Shown here: positions 44,119-53,421 of the stretch, in pieces
How the letters are laid out: every line of letters starts with the position of its first letter
Position numbering within the stretch: the first letter of the stretch is position 1
Notes under the pieces: generated by a model
What the model was told of the DNA's origin: nothing
What the model saw: the letters and a program-made list of their open reading frames with translations, nothing else
Database searches by the model: none
Origin: Acidobacteriota bacterium
GTDB lineage: Bacteria > Acidobacteriota > Vicinamibacteria > Vicinamibacterales > UBA2999
Direction of reading: 5' to 3'
NCBI GenBank assembly: GCA_040754955.1
Contig: JBFMCA010000010.1
Span: 1,041 to 65,040, forward strand
DNA length: 64,000 nt
Program-made: the position numbers and the translations under genes

Positions 44119-45563
44119 AGGCCGGGCACCGGACGGTTGGCGAAGATGCCGCGGACGAGGGTGAGCCACATGATCTTGAGGTCGAGCGACACGGACCAGT
44201 TCTCGATGTAGTAGAGGTCGTACTCGATGCGCTTCTCGAGCGAGGTGTTGCCGCGCCAGCCGTTCACCTGCGCCCAGCCCGTGATGCCGGCCTTCACCTT
44301 GTGGCGGAGCATGTACTGGGGGATGCGGTGCTTGAACTGCTCGACGAAGAACGGCCGTTCCGGTCGCGGGCCGACGATGGACATCTCGCCGGTGAGCACG
44401 TTCCAGAACTGCGGCCACTCGTCCAGGTCGTGCCGGCGCAGCCACCGGCCCACCCGCGTCGCCCGCGGGTCGTCCCAGTCGCCCCACACGGGGCCTGTGT
44501 CGGCCTCGGCGTCCACCGGCATGGTGCGGAACTTGTACACCCAGAACCGCTTGCCGTCGAGGCTCATCCGCTCCTGGCGGTAGAAGACCGGGCCGGGCGA
44601 CTCGCGCTTGATGAGCCACGCCACGATGAGCGCCGGAACGGCCATGACGGCCAGCGCGCTGGCGGAGATGGCGATGTCGAGCAGCCGCTTGACCAGGGCG
44701 TTGAACCCCTGGAGCGGCACGTCGTTGAGGTTGATGACCGGCACGCCGTCGAGGTCCTCGAGGCGCGCGCGCAGGGCGATGAACTGCAGCAGATCGGGCA
44801 CGACCTTCACGTCGATGCCCTCGCGACTGGCCGACTCGACCAGGTCGAGCAGCTTCATGTGCTCCTCGAGCGGCAGCGCCACGTAGAGGTGGTCGATGCG
44901 CTCGCGGGTCGCGATTTCGGCGGCCTCGGACAGCCGGCCGAGCAGCGGCAGCCCGCGGTAGCCGAGGTGGTCGCCGCCGGCACGGTCGTCGAGGAATCCG
45001 ACCACCTGGTAGCCCAGCTCCCGGTGCTCCAGGATCCGGTCCGCCACCATGCGCCCGAGCTCGCCGGCCCCCGCGATGAGCGTCCGGCGCAGCCCGATGC
45101 CCGCGGCCCAGCGACGCTCGAGCGCCTCGCGCACGAACTTGCGCGACAGGTACCCGAGCGCCACGTTGAGGACCAGGAAGATGGCCCAGACGGCCTGCGA
45201 GACCTCGTACGCCCCCTTGTCCTTGAGCTCGTCCGGCACGTAGTAGGCCTGGAAGTACAGCGTGCCGACCACGCCCAACACGACGGCGATGATGCTGCCG
45301 ACGAGCACGTTGAAGAAGTCGTCGATGCGGGAGCGCCCGCGCCGCAGGCGATAGAGGCCCTGAAGATGGAAGCCCAGCGGCACCACAATCGCGATGAACG
45401 GCAGCACGTCGAGGTACTGCGCGAGCGGGGGCTGGCCCTTCGGCGTCGCGAGGAGGCCCGTCTCGAACCGGGCGAAGTAGGCCAGCACGAACGCCGCCAT
45501 GCCGAGCAGCGTGTCGGTGATGACATGAAACGCGACGAGCAGCCGGTTGTAGCGCCTCACCAT
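44115..45563 (-). CDS. polyprenyl-phosphate glycosyl-1-phosphate transferase (WbaP/EpsB-type priming sugar transferase)
   Basis: N-terminal TM helices, a central Rossmann-like region, and the C-terminal bacterial sugar-transferase domain ([26 protein letters not shown]...GPRPERPFF...[12 protein letters not shown]). Confidence 0.85.
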   Translation of the reverse strand: MVRRYNRLLVAFHVITDTLLGMAAFVLAYFARFETGLLATPKGQPPLAQYLDVLPFIAIVVPLGFHLQGLYRLRRGRSRIDDFFNVLVGSIIAVVLGVVGTLYFQAYYVPDELKDKGAYEVSQAVWAIFLVLNVALGYLSRKFVREALERRWAAGIGLRRTLIAGAGELGRMVADRILEHRELGYQVVGFLDDRAGGDHLGYRGLPLLGRLSEAAEIATRERIDHLYVALPLEEHMKLLDLVESASREGIDVKVVPDLLQFIALRARLEDLDGVPVINLNDVPLQGFNALVKRLLDIAISASALAVMAVPALIVAWLIKRESPGPVFYRQERMSLDGKRFWVYKFRTMPVDAEADTGPVWGDWDDPRATRVGRWLRRHDLDEWPQFWNVLTGEMSIVGPRPERPFFVEQFKHRIPQYMLRHKVKAGITGWAQVNGWRGNTSLEKRIEYDLYYIENWSVSLDLKIMWLTLVRGIFANRPVPGL

Positions 45564-46714
45564 CGCCGTTCGGGGGGCGCCGCCAGCGTCTCGTCGATGG
45601 CCGCGTTGAGCTCACGCGCGAACCGCTCCCGGCTGAAGCGCTCGGCGTGCGCGCGGATGCGCGCGCCGTCCCACGAGCGGGCCGCCACGCGGCTCAACGC
45701 CTCGGCCAGCGACGCGTCGGTTGGGTCTTGAAACAGCACGCCGGTCTCGCCGTCCACGACCGTTTCGAGTGCGCCCCCGCGCGCGTAGGCCACGACGGGC
45801 CGGCCGCACGCCTGCGCTTCGAGCGGCACGATGCCGAAATCTTCCTCCCCCGGGAGGATGGTCGCGATGGAGGTGCGATACAGGTCGCGGATCTCGTGGT
45901 TCTGCAGCCAGCCCAGCAACTCGATGCCCTGGCCGCGGCCTGCCAGCGCTTCGAGCGCCGCGCGATCGGGCCCGTCGCCGACGATGGTCAGGCGCACTCC
46001 GGCCCGCCGCGCCGCCAGGATCGCGAGGTCCACCCGCTTGTAGGGCACGAGCGCCGACACCATCAAGAACCGATCCTCGACCGCGTCGGCGCCCGGCGAC
46101 GCCGGAGCTCCGGGGTCGCCGGCCAGCGAGGGGACCGGGGCGTAGAAGTCGGTCTGGACGGGCGGGTACACGATGGTCGATCGCCGATTATAGTAGAGCG
46201 CGATCCTCCGCGCAACATATTGAGAGATAGCCAGATAGCGGTGCACGCGGCTCGCCGTGGCGCGGTCCCACCGCGCCATCGCCGCCATCACCGGCCGGGC
46301 CAGCCGGCTCGCCGGCGCGCCGACCCGATCGGGGCCAAAGTAGGCGTCGAACTGGTCCCAGGCATAGCGCATGGGCGTCAGGCAGTAGCAGAGGTGCCGC
46401 GCCCGGCCCGTCACCACCACGGCCTTGGCGGCGCAGTGGCTGCAGCTCACCACCAGATCGTAGTCATCGAGGCCGAACTGCTCGATGGCGGCCGGGAAGA
46501 GCGGGAGGTAATGGCGATACAGGCGGCCGGCGAGCGGGAGCCGCTGGATGAACGAGGTCCGCACGCGCCGCCGCTCGATGAAGGGCGAGGTGGCGCCAGG
46601 GACTCGCATGAGCGTGAAGAGATCGGCGTCGGGGAAGATCTCGCAGATGGCCTCGAGGGCCTTCTCGCCGCCGCGCATGCCCGTGAGCCAGTCGTGGATG
46701 AGCGCGACTCTCAC
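45557..46714 (-). CDS. glycosyltransferase family 4 (GT-B)
   Basis: [10 protein letters not shown]... N-terminus and the E-x7-E region [23 protein letters not shown]. It overlaps both neighbours. Confidence 0.8.
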   Translation of the reverse strand: MRVALIHDWLTGMRGGEKALEAICEIFPDADLFTLMRVPGATSPFIERRRVRTSFIQRLPLAGRLYRHYLPLFPAAIEQFGLDDYDLVVSCSHCAAKAVVVTGRARHLCYCLTPMRYAWDQFDAYFGPDRVGAPASRLARPVMAAMARWDRATASRVHRYLAISQYVARRIALYYNRRSTIVYPPVQTDFYAPVPSLAGDPGAPASPGADAVEDRFLMVSALVPYKRVDLAILAARRAGVRLTIVGDGPDRAALEALAGRGQGIELLGWLQNHEIRDLYRTSIATILPGEEDFGIVPLEAQACGRPVVAYARGGALETVVDGETGVLFQDPTDASLAEALSRVAARSWDGARIRAHAERFSRERFARELNAAIDETLAAPPERRW

Positions 46715-47823
46715 CGATCCAGGATCTCCATGTAGATGCGGTGGATCGCGGCCGCCGACTTGGCCCAGGAAAACGCCGCGACCCGGGCGCGCCCGCGGGC
46801 GACGAGCTCCGCGCGCAGCGCCTCGTCGGTCACGGCGCGGCGCATGGCCTCGCCGATCGCCGAGGGATCATAGGGATCGACGAGCAGCGCCGCGTCGCCG
46901 GCCACCTCGGGCAGCGACGACACGTTCGACACCACCACCGGCGCGCCGCACGCCATGGCCTCGAGCGGCGGGAGGCCGAAGCCTTCATAGAGCGACGGAA
47001 AGACAAACGCCCGGGCGAGACGATAGAACGCCGCGAGCGTCTCGAGCGGCTGGAAGCCCAGGAAGCGCACGTGCTTGTCGAGGCGGTGCCGGTGGACGGC
47101 CTGGCGGAGCGCGGGGTACTTGGAGATCTCGTCGCCCACGATGACGAGGCGGAGGTCATCGAGGCCCTCGGCCCGCGCGCGGCCGAAGGCATCGATCAGC
47201 CGCTCGACGTTCTTATGCGGCTTGATGTTGCCGACGTAGAGCACGAAGGGCCGGTCGAGCTGGAAGCGCTGGCGCGCGCGCTCCATCTGCTCCTCTCCGG
47301 GCGGCTGGAGGAACCGCTCGTCGATGGCGTTGTAGATGACCGACACCTTGTCGGCGGGGATGTCGACGAAGCGCAGGATGTCGCGCTTGGACGCCTCCGA
47401 CACTGTGAGGACGCGGTCGGCCTTTCGCGCCGCGCTCCAGATGGACCCCCGCGCGTAGAGGTACGCCCCGCGATTGGGCAGGTACTGCGGGAACATCAGG
47501 TGGATGCAGTCGTGGATGGTCACGACCGACCGGCTGCGCACGAGCGGCGGCAGCACGTAATGGGGCTCGTGCACCAGGTGCACGCGCTCGCGCACCAGGC
47601 TCAGCGGGATGCGGAACTGCTCGCGGACCGAGTACGGACGGGCCGATTCGGCCACCCAGCGAAAGTTCGGCCCGAGCGGCAGCGGCTGGTCCACGTCCTC
47701 GGGCCGGCACAGCACGATGTACTCGGTCGCCTGGTCCAGCCGCGCCAGCTCGATGAGCACGTTGCGGATGTAGGTCCCGATGCCGAAGTCGTGCAGTTTC
47801 CGGGCGTCGATGGCAATGCGCAT
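46711..47823 (-). CDS. glycosyltransferase family 4 (GT-B)
   Basis: [10 protein letters not shown]... and [26 protein letters not shown]. Confidence 0.8.
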   Translation of the reverse strand: MRIAIDARKLHDFGIGTYIRNVLIELARLDQATEYIVLCRPEDVDQPLPLGPNFRWVAESARPYSVREQFRIPLSLVRERVHLVHEPHYVLPPLVRSRSVVTIHDCIHLMFPQYLPNRGAYLYARGSIWSAARKADRVLTVSEASKRDILRFVDIPADKVSVIYNAIDERFLQPPGEEQMERARQRFQLDRPFVLYVGNIKPHKNVERLIDAFGRARAEGLDDLRLVIVGDEISKYPALRQAVHRHRLDKHVRFLGFQPLETLAAFYRLARAFVFPSLYEGFGLPPLEAMACGAPVVVSNVSSLPEVAGDAALLVDPYDPSAIGEAMRRAVTDEALRAELVARGRARVAAFSWAKSAAAIHRIYMEILDR

Positions 47824-47842
47824 CGCAAAACGACAATTGTAG

Positions 47843-47892
47843 GAGGTTCGGCGAGGTTCGGAAAGGTCCGGCGATGGTCGGAATGGTCCGGA
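47843..47892. repeat. five tandem 10-bp repeats (GAGGTTCGGC-like)
   Basis: gaggttcggc gaggttcgga aaggtccggc gatggtcgga atggtccgga. They fill most of the only intergenic gap (76 bp) inside the minus-strand EPS operon. Confidence 0.8.
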
Positions 47893-47899
47893 CCTCGTC

Positions 47900-48730
47900 C
47901 TACTCGCCTCGCGGCTTGCCCGTCACCGCCAGGTACGCGCGCAGCAGCGGCACCCACCGCGGGTGGTGCTTGCGGTAGTAAGCCATCTGGCTCCGCCGGC
48001 GCAGGCGCTCGGTTGCGGGATTGCGCGCGGCCGAGGCGCCCCTTAGATGCAGCACCTGCGCCTGGGGCACGAAGAGCACGCTCCTGCCGCGCGCGCGGAA
48101 CGCCATGCAGAGGTCCACGTCTTCCGTGTACATGAAGTAGCGCTCGTCAAACAGGCCCACGGCCTCGAGGTCGGCCCGCCGCGCGAGGAGACACGCGCCG
48201 CTGACCCATTCCCGCTCGCCGGGCTGCCGCGCCCACAGGTCAATCATCCGGACGACCCGACGGATCCGGCGCGCGTAGAGCGCCAGCAAGACCTTCTGCT
48301 TGAGCTCGCCCCACGGTCCGATCGTCCACCCGAACGACAACTCCGGAAACCCCTCGGCGTCCACCAGGCGCGGACCGGCTGCGGCCGCTTCGGCATGCGA
48401 CGCCAGGCTCCGCACCAGCTGGGCGATGGCGCCGGGCGGCACGATGGTGTCGGGATTCAACAGCAGGACGAACTCGCCGCTCCCGGCGCGGATGCCGAAA
48501 TTGTTGGCCCGCGCAAAGCCGACGTTGTCGCCCGCGTCGATCACATGGACGCCAGGCCAGTCGCGCTCGAGCATGTCGACCGTGCCGTCGCTCGACGCGT
48601 TGTCGACCACGGTCACGGTCGTCGGGTACGGATCCGTGTGGCCGACCACCGACTGCAGGCAGGCGGCGAGTTCGTCCCGCACGTTGTAGGACACGATGAC
48701 GATGTCCAGGGTGAGGGTGCTAGAGGGCAC
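47900..48730 (-). CDS. glycosyltransferase family 2
   Basis: LDIVIVSYNVRDEL...VVDNASSDGT...GFARANNFG...LLLNPDT, a classic GT2 N-terminal domain. Confidence 0.85.
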   Translation of the reverse strand: MPSSTLTLDIVIVSYNVRDELAACLQSVVGHTDPYPTTVTVVDNASSDGTVDMLERDWPGVHVIDAGDNVGFARANNFGIRAGSGEFVLLLNPDTIVPPGAIAQLVRSLASHAEAAAAGPRLVDAEGFPELSFGWTIGPWGELKQKVLLALYARRIRRVVRMIDLWARQPGEREWVSGACLLARRADLEAVGLFDERYFMYTEDVDLCMAFRARGRSVLFVPQAQVLHLRGASAARNPATERLRRRSQMAYYRKHHPRWVPLLRAYLAVTGKPRGE

Positions 48731-49817
48731 CGCCGGCCTCCTCGATGGCGCGCAGCGTGGTGGCGGCGGTGAGCTCCCAGCGGTAGCGCCCGACGACGGC
48801 AGAGGCGTGCCGGAGCACGTCCTGCCGGGCGGCCGGCGACGTCAGCAGGTCGAGCACTGCCATCTCCAGATGGACGGCGGTGTCGGGCGGCGGCGGCACG
48901 TAGCGCGCGGCGGGGCCGTAGATCTCCCGGGCCACCGGCGTGTCCATGACGATAGGCGGCACGCCCGCGGCGAGCGCCTCGAGCGGCGTCAAGCCAAACC
49001 CCTCGTATTCCGAGAGGAACACGAAGGTCGAGGCGCGGCTGTACAAGTCCCGCAACGCGCCGTCGTCGACGTAGGACGTGAGCGCAATCCGCGAACGCAC
49101 GCCCGCCGGGAGCCGGGCGAGGCGCGCGTCGAACCCGTGTCCGCCGCCCATGCGGTCTTCGCCGACGACGGCCAGCCGGACCGACGGCAGCGCCGGCGCA
49201 ATGCGCGTGGCGAACGCGTCGACGAGCAGGTCGACATGTCGCCGCGGCAGAATCGTGCCGACAAACAGCACCAGCGGCTCGCGAGCCGGCGCCGCCGCCC
49301 GGTCGTTCGCCGTCCGCAAGCCCAGGTGGATGACACGGACCCGCGGCGGCCGCAGGCCCAGATGGCGCGCGATCTCGTCACGTGAGAACGCCGAGTCGGT
49401 GAGCACGAGGCGGGCCCGGCGCGCGGCCATCGCGGTGACGTGGCGTCGCCGAAACCCCTCCCGAGGCGAATACCACTCCGGATGCGCGATGAACGAGACG
49501 TCGTGCACCGTCAGCGCGACCGGACAGGGTGTCGAGAGCGGCGCGGTGTAGCCGGGCGCGAACAGGACGTCCGGGCGATCGGACGCGAGGGCCCGCGCAA
49601 GCGTCCACTGCTCCCACAGGGTGCCGCCGTTTCCGGGGAGCACCCTCAGCGCGTCTTCGAAGGCGTCGGGTACCTGCACGGCCTGATGGGCGTACAGGCG
49701 CCAGTCGTGCCGGGTGGCGGAGTGCAGGCCGGCCCACTCCTCGAGCAGCTCGGTCAGGTAGCGGCCCACGCCGGTCGGCTTTCCCCCGAGCTCGCGGGCG
49801 TCAACGGCGATGCGCAT
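48720..49817 (-). CDS. glycosyltransferase family 4 (GT-B)
   Basis: ATG at 49815-49817 (MRIAVDARELGGKPTGVGRY...) and FLSEYEGFGLTPLEALAAGVPPIV. The N-terminal 109 codons of the listed ORF overlap the upstream gene out of frame. Confidence 0.8.
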   Translation of the reverse strand: MRIAVDARELGGKPTGVGRYLTELLEEWAGLHSATRHDWRLYAHQAVQVPDAFEDALRVLPGNGGTLWEQWTLARALASDRPDVLFAPGYTAPLSTPCPVALTVHDVSFIAHPEWYSPREGFRRRHVTAMAARRARLVLTDSAFSRDEIARHLGLRPPRVRVIHLGLRTANDRAAAPAREPLVLFVGTILPRRHVDLLVDAFATRIAPALPSVRLAVVGEDRMGGGHGFDARLARLPAGVRSRIALTSYVDDGALRDLYSRASTFVFLSEYEGFGLTPLEALAAGVPPIVMDTPVAREIYGPAARYVPPPPDTAVHLEMAVLDLLTSPAARQDVLRHASAVVGRYRWELTAATTLRAIEEAGGAL

Positions 49818-50931
49818 GGTCGATGGCAGCCTGATAGGCGCGACGCGCGGCGGCGGCGCAGTCGCTCCACTGGTACCGCGAGGCCTGCGCCATTCCGGCC
49901 GCAATGGCGCGCTCGGCTGCGGCATCGTCGAGCAGCTCGAGCATCCGCGCGGCAATGGCCTCGGGATCGTCCGGGTCGACCGGTACGGCGGCCGCGCCGG
50001 CCACCTCGGGCAGGGCGCCCCGGTTGGAGACGACGACAGGCACCCCGCACGCCATGGCCTCGAGCACCGGGAGGCCGAAGCCCTCCTCGAAGGAGGGCAG
50101 CACGAGCATCCGGGCGCTCGCGTAGAGGTCCGGGCGAGCCGCATCGGGGACGTAACCCCGCAGCTCGACCTGGCCCGCCAGCCCGTGGCTCGTCAGCGCG
50201 CCGAGCGCCGCGCGGCCGTCGGCCGTGACGCGACCGGCGACGACAAGCCGGGGCACGCGCGCGTCACGCGCGCGGGCCAGGCGGTACGCCGCGAGCAGGC
50301 CGGCCACGTTCTTTCTCGGTTCCACAGTGCCGACAAACAGCACGTAGTCGCCGAGGGCGCGGCCCCTGCGCCGCGCGGCCACGGCCGCCGCCCAGGACGG
50401 GGCGCCTGGCGGGCACACCGACACGCGCTCGGGCGGCACGGCCAGGACGCGCGTCACTTCGCCCGCGGCGTAGCGGGAGGACACGACCACCTGGTGGGCG
50501 CTGCGCGCGTGGCGCCCGGCGAGTTTCGGGTAATCGCGCCGCATCTCGGCCCGCGCCCGGTCGGGGTGGTGGAGGAAGTCGAGATCGTGAATGGTCACCA
50601 CCTGGGCGGCGTGGCGTGCGGGGATGCGGACCGGCGTCTGGCCGTGCACGACGTCGACGGGCCCGCACAACGTCTCGACGGGGGGCCATCCGAGATGGTG
50701 CCACGCGGTGGTGAGGGCGCGCACGGGGATGCGGTGATCGGAGATCACCACGCCGGGGAGCGCGGCCTGCAGCCCGGGATCGGGTCGATCCTTGAACGAG
50801 GTCGTGAAGAGCATGAGCGCTTCGTCGGGCGGCACCGGCGGCGTCACCAGGGCCCGGGCCAGCTCGTGCACGTACTCGCCGACGCCGGTCCGCTGCCGCA
50901 GGGCGGGCCGATAGTCGAGCAGGATGCGCAC
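49801..50931 (-). CDS. glycosyltransferase family 4 (GT-B), first gene of the minus-strand EPS operon
   Basis: MRILLDYRPALRQRTGVGEY... and LPSFEEGFGLPVLEAMACGVPVVVSN. GTG start. Confidence 0.8.
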   Translation of the reverse strand: MRILLDYRPALRQRTGVGEYVHELARALVTPPVPPDEALMLFTTSFKDRPDPGLQAALPGVVISDHRIPVRALTTAWHHLGWPPVETLCGPVDVVHGQTPVRIPARHAAQVVTIHDLDFLHHPDRARAEMRRDYPKLAGRHARSAHQVVVSSRYAAGEVTRVLAVPPERVSVCPPGAPSWAAAVAARRRGRALGDYVLFVGTVEPRKNVAGLLAAYRLARARDARVPRLVVAGRVTADGRAALGALTSHGLAGQVELRGYVPDAARPDLYASARMLVLPSFEEGFGLPVLEAMACGVPVVVSNRGALPEVAGAAAVPVDPDDPEAIAARMLELLDDAAAERAIAAGMAQASRYQWSDCAAAARRAYQAAIDHAHRR

Positions 50932-50938
50932 GTCGCCG

Positions 50939-50947
50939 AGATTACCA
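50939..50947 (-). promoter_or_regulatory. candidate extended -10 (TGgTAATCT) 7 nt upstream of GTG 50931
   Basis: Minus strand reads TGGTAATCT-cggcgac-GTG, with no SD. Confidence 0.35.
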
Positions 50948-51030
50948 CAAGAGCGGCAAGTCCTTGTGTGTCAGTATGTTGACAGCACCGGTGGCGGATG
51001 ATACCTTCCTTGGGATAATCGGCTGGCGAA

Positions 51031-51049
51031 AAAGGGGACAGTCCCCTTT
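51031..51049. promoter_or_regulatory. perfect 9-1-9 palindrome AAAGGGGAC-A-GTCCCCTTT in the divergent EPS control region
   Basis: Verified base by base. It is flanked by extra A's on the 5' side and TTGTT on the 3' side. It could be a dimeric-regulator operator or a terminator-like hairpin in the ugd leader. Confidence 0.4.
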
Positions 51050-51066
51050 GTTCGACCCGCCCGGGG

Positions 51067-51083
51067 AGGGGCCTTCGGCCCCT
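51067..51083 (+). other. 7-bp stem / UUCG-tetraloop hairpin (AGGGGCC-TTCG-GGCCCCT) 13 nt upstream of the ugd ATG
   Basis: Seen directly in the sequence. It would sit where an SD would normally be. Confidence 0.4.
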
Positions 51084-51095
51084 TGTTTCGTCAGC

Positions 51096-52391
51096 ATGAA
51101 GATCGCTGTGGTGGGCACCGGCTACGTGGGTCTCGTGGCCGGGGCGGGGTTCGCCGAGTCGGGCAACGACGTCATCTGCGTCGACAAGGACGACGCCAAG
51201 GTCCGGCTGCTGAAGCGCGGCCGCATTCCCATCTACGAACCCGGTCTCGAAGAGCTGGTCCGGCGCAACCGCGCCGAGGGCCGGCTGACGTTCACCACCA
51301 ATCTGGCCAAGGCGGTGCGGGCGTCCCAGATCATCTTCATCGCCGTCGGCACGCCGCAGGGCGAGGACGGGTCGGCCGACCTTCAGCACGTGATGGCCGT
51401 GGCGCGCGACGTGGCGAAGGCGATGGACGGCTACCGGGTCATCGTCAACAAGAGCACGGTGCCGGTGGGCACGGCGGCGAAGGTCCGCGAGGTCATCCGG
51501 CGGGAGACGACGCACCCGTTCAGCGTGGTGAGCAACCCCGAGTTTCTCAAGCAGGGCGCGGCGGTGGAGGACTTCATGAAGCCCGATCGGGTGGTCATCG
51601 GCGCCGAGGATCCGCGGGCGGCTGAGCTGATGGTCGCGCTCCACAAGCCGTTCACGCGGACCGGCGCGCCGATCATGGTCATGGACTGCGCCAGCGCAGA
51701 GCTCGCGAAGTATGCTGCGAACGCGCTGCTGGCCACGAAGATCTCGTTCATGAACGAAGTGGCCAACGTCTGCGAGGCCTTCGGGGCAGACGTCGATCAG
51801 GTGCGGCAGGCCGTCGGGTCGGATCGGCGGATCGGTCCGTCGTTCCTGTTTCCCGGGGTCGGCTACGGCGGGAGCTGCTTCCCGAAGGACGTGAAGGCCG
51901 TCATCCGGTTCTCCGCCGAGAAGAAGTACGACTTCCGCATTCTGAAGGCGGTGGAGGCGGTCAACGAGCAGCAGAAGCGGCACCTGGTCAAGCGCATGGA
52001 GGGCCACTTCGGGTCGCTGCGGGGGCGGACGATCGCGGTCTGGGGCCTGGCGTTCAAGCCGCGGACCGACGACATGCGCGAGGCGCCGGCCATCGTGATC
52101 ATCCAGTCGCTCGTGGAGAAGGGCGCCAAGGTGCAGGCGTTCGATCCCGAGGCGGTGAAGAACGCGAAGGCGATCTTCGGGTCGAAGATCGGCTACGCGA
52201 CGCGGAGCTACGACGCGCTGCGGGGCGCCGACGCGCTTGCCATTGTCACGGAATGGCAGGAGTTCCGGGAGCCCGACTTCACGCGGATGCGGAAGCTGAT
52301 GAAGACGCCGGTCATCTTCGATGGCCGCAACCTGTACGAGCCGTCGCAGATCAAGGCGGCGGGCTTCACCTACTACTCGATCGGGAGGTAG
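51096..52391 (+). CDS. ugd: UDP-glucose 6-dehydrogenase
   Basis: ATG at 51096. MKIAVVGTGYVGLV, catalytic GGSCFPKD, and a full-length UDPGDH layout (431 aa). Confidence 0.9.
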   Translation: MKIAVVGTGYVGLVAGAGFAESGNDVICVDKDDAKVRLLKRGRIPIYEPGLEELVRRNRAEGRLTFTTNLAKAVRASQIIFIAVGTPQGEDGSADLQHVMAVARDVAKAMDGYRVIVNKSTVPVGTAAKVREVIRRETTHPFSVVSNPEFLKQGAAVEDFMKPDRVVIGAEDPRAAELMVALHKPFTRTGAPIMVMDCASAELAKYAANALLATKISFMNEVANVCEAFGADVDQVRQAVGSDRRIGPSFLFPGVGYGGSCFPKDVKAVIRFSAEKKYDFRILKAVEAVNEQQKRHLVKRMEGHFGSLRGRTIAVWGLAFKPRTDDMREAPAIVIIQSLVEKGAKVQAFDPEAVKNAKAIFGSKIGYATRSYDALRGADALAIVTEWQEFREPDFTRMRKLMKTPVIFDGRNLYEPSQIKAAGFTYYSIGR

Positions 52392-52392
52392 C

Positions 52393-53421
52393 GTGGCGCG
52401 GGTGCTCGTCGCGGGCGGCGCCGGCTACATCGGGAGCCATGCGGTCCGCGCGCTCGTCGACGCCGGACACGCGGTGGTGGTGGTCGACGATCTGTCGGCC
52501 GGCCATGCGGCGGCACTGCCGGCGGGCGTGCCGCTCGTGCGCGCGCGGATCCAGGACACGGCCGCGCTCGAAGGGGCGCTGGCCGGCCACGGCATCGACG
52601 CGGTGATGCACTTCGCGGCGTGGCTGGCCGTGGCCGACTCGGTGCGCGACCCGCTCGGGTACTACGACAACAACGTGACCGGGACGCTGTCGCTGCTCCG
52701 GGCCATGACGGCCGTCGGCGTGCGGCGGCTCGTGTTCTCGTCGACCTGCGCGGTGTACGGAGAGCCGGCCGAGACGCCGATACCCGAGACGCTGCCGACG
52801 GCGCCCATCAACGCCTACGGCGAGACGAAGCTGGCGGTCGAGCGGGCGCTCCCGCACCTGGCGCGCGCGCACGGGCTGCAGTGGATGGCGCTGCGGTATT
52901 TCAACGCGGCGGGTGCGCACCCGGATGGCACGATCGGCGAGGACCACGATCCGGAGATTCACGTGATCCCCCGGGCGATTCAGGCCGCCACGGGCGGCGA
53001 GCCGCTGCAGGTGTTCGGCGAGGACTACCCGACGCCGGACGGGACGTGCCTGCGCGATTACATTCACGTGTGCGATCTGGCGGCGGCGCACGTGCGGGCG
53101 CTCGACGCGCTGGAGCGCGGTCAGCCGTCGGGCGCGTTCAACATCGGCACCGGTCAGCCGCACTCGGTGCGGGCCGTGATCGACACCGTGTCGCGCGTGG
53201 TCGGGGCGCCGGTCCGGTGGACGCCGGCACCGCGGCGACCGGGCGACCCGGCGGTGCTCTACGCGGCGGCCGACCGCGCGCGCGCGGCCCTCGGCTGGTC
53301 GCCGCAGTACCCCGACCTCGAGACGATCGTGCGGCACGCCTGGCGCTGGCATGCCGCGCACCCACGAGGGTACGCCACGACAGCGGCCACCGCCGCGCAC
53401 CCGGGAGCCGCGCCCCGCTGA
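52393..53421 (+). CDS. galE: UDP-glucose 4-epimerase
   Basis: The GTG at 52393 follows GGGAGG. VAGGAGYIGSH, SSTCAVYG and YGETK (YxxxK) are present. 342 aa. Confidence 0.85.
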   Translation: MARVLVAGGAGYIGSHAVRALVDAGHAVVVVDDLSAGHAAALPAGVPLVRARIQDTAALEGALAGHGIDAVMHFAAWLAVADSVRDPLGYYDNNVTGTLSLLRAMTAVGVRRLVFSSTCAVYGEPAETPIPETLPTAPINAYGETKLAVERALPHLARAHGLQWMALRYFNAAGAHPDGTIGEDHDPEIHVIPRAIQAATGGEPLQVFGEDYPTPDGTCLRDYIHVCDLAAAHVRALDALERGQPSGAFNIGTGQPHSVRAVIDTVSRVVGAPVRWTPAPRRPGDPAVLYAAADRARAALGWSPQYPDLETIVRHAWRWHAAHPRGYATTAATAAHPGAAPR

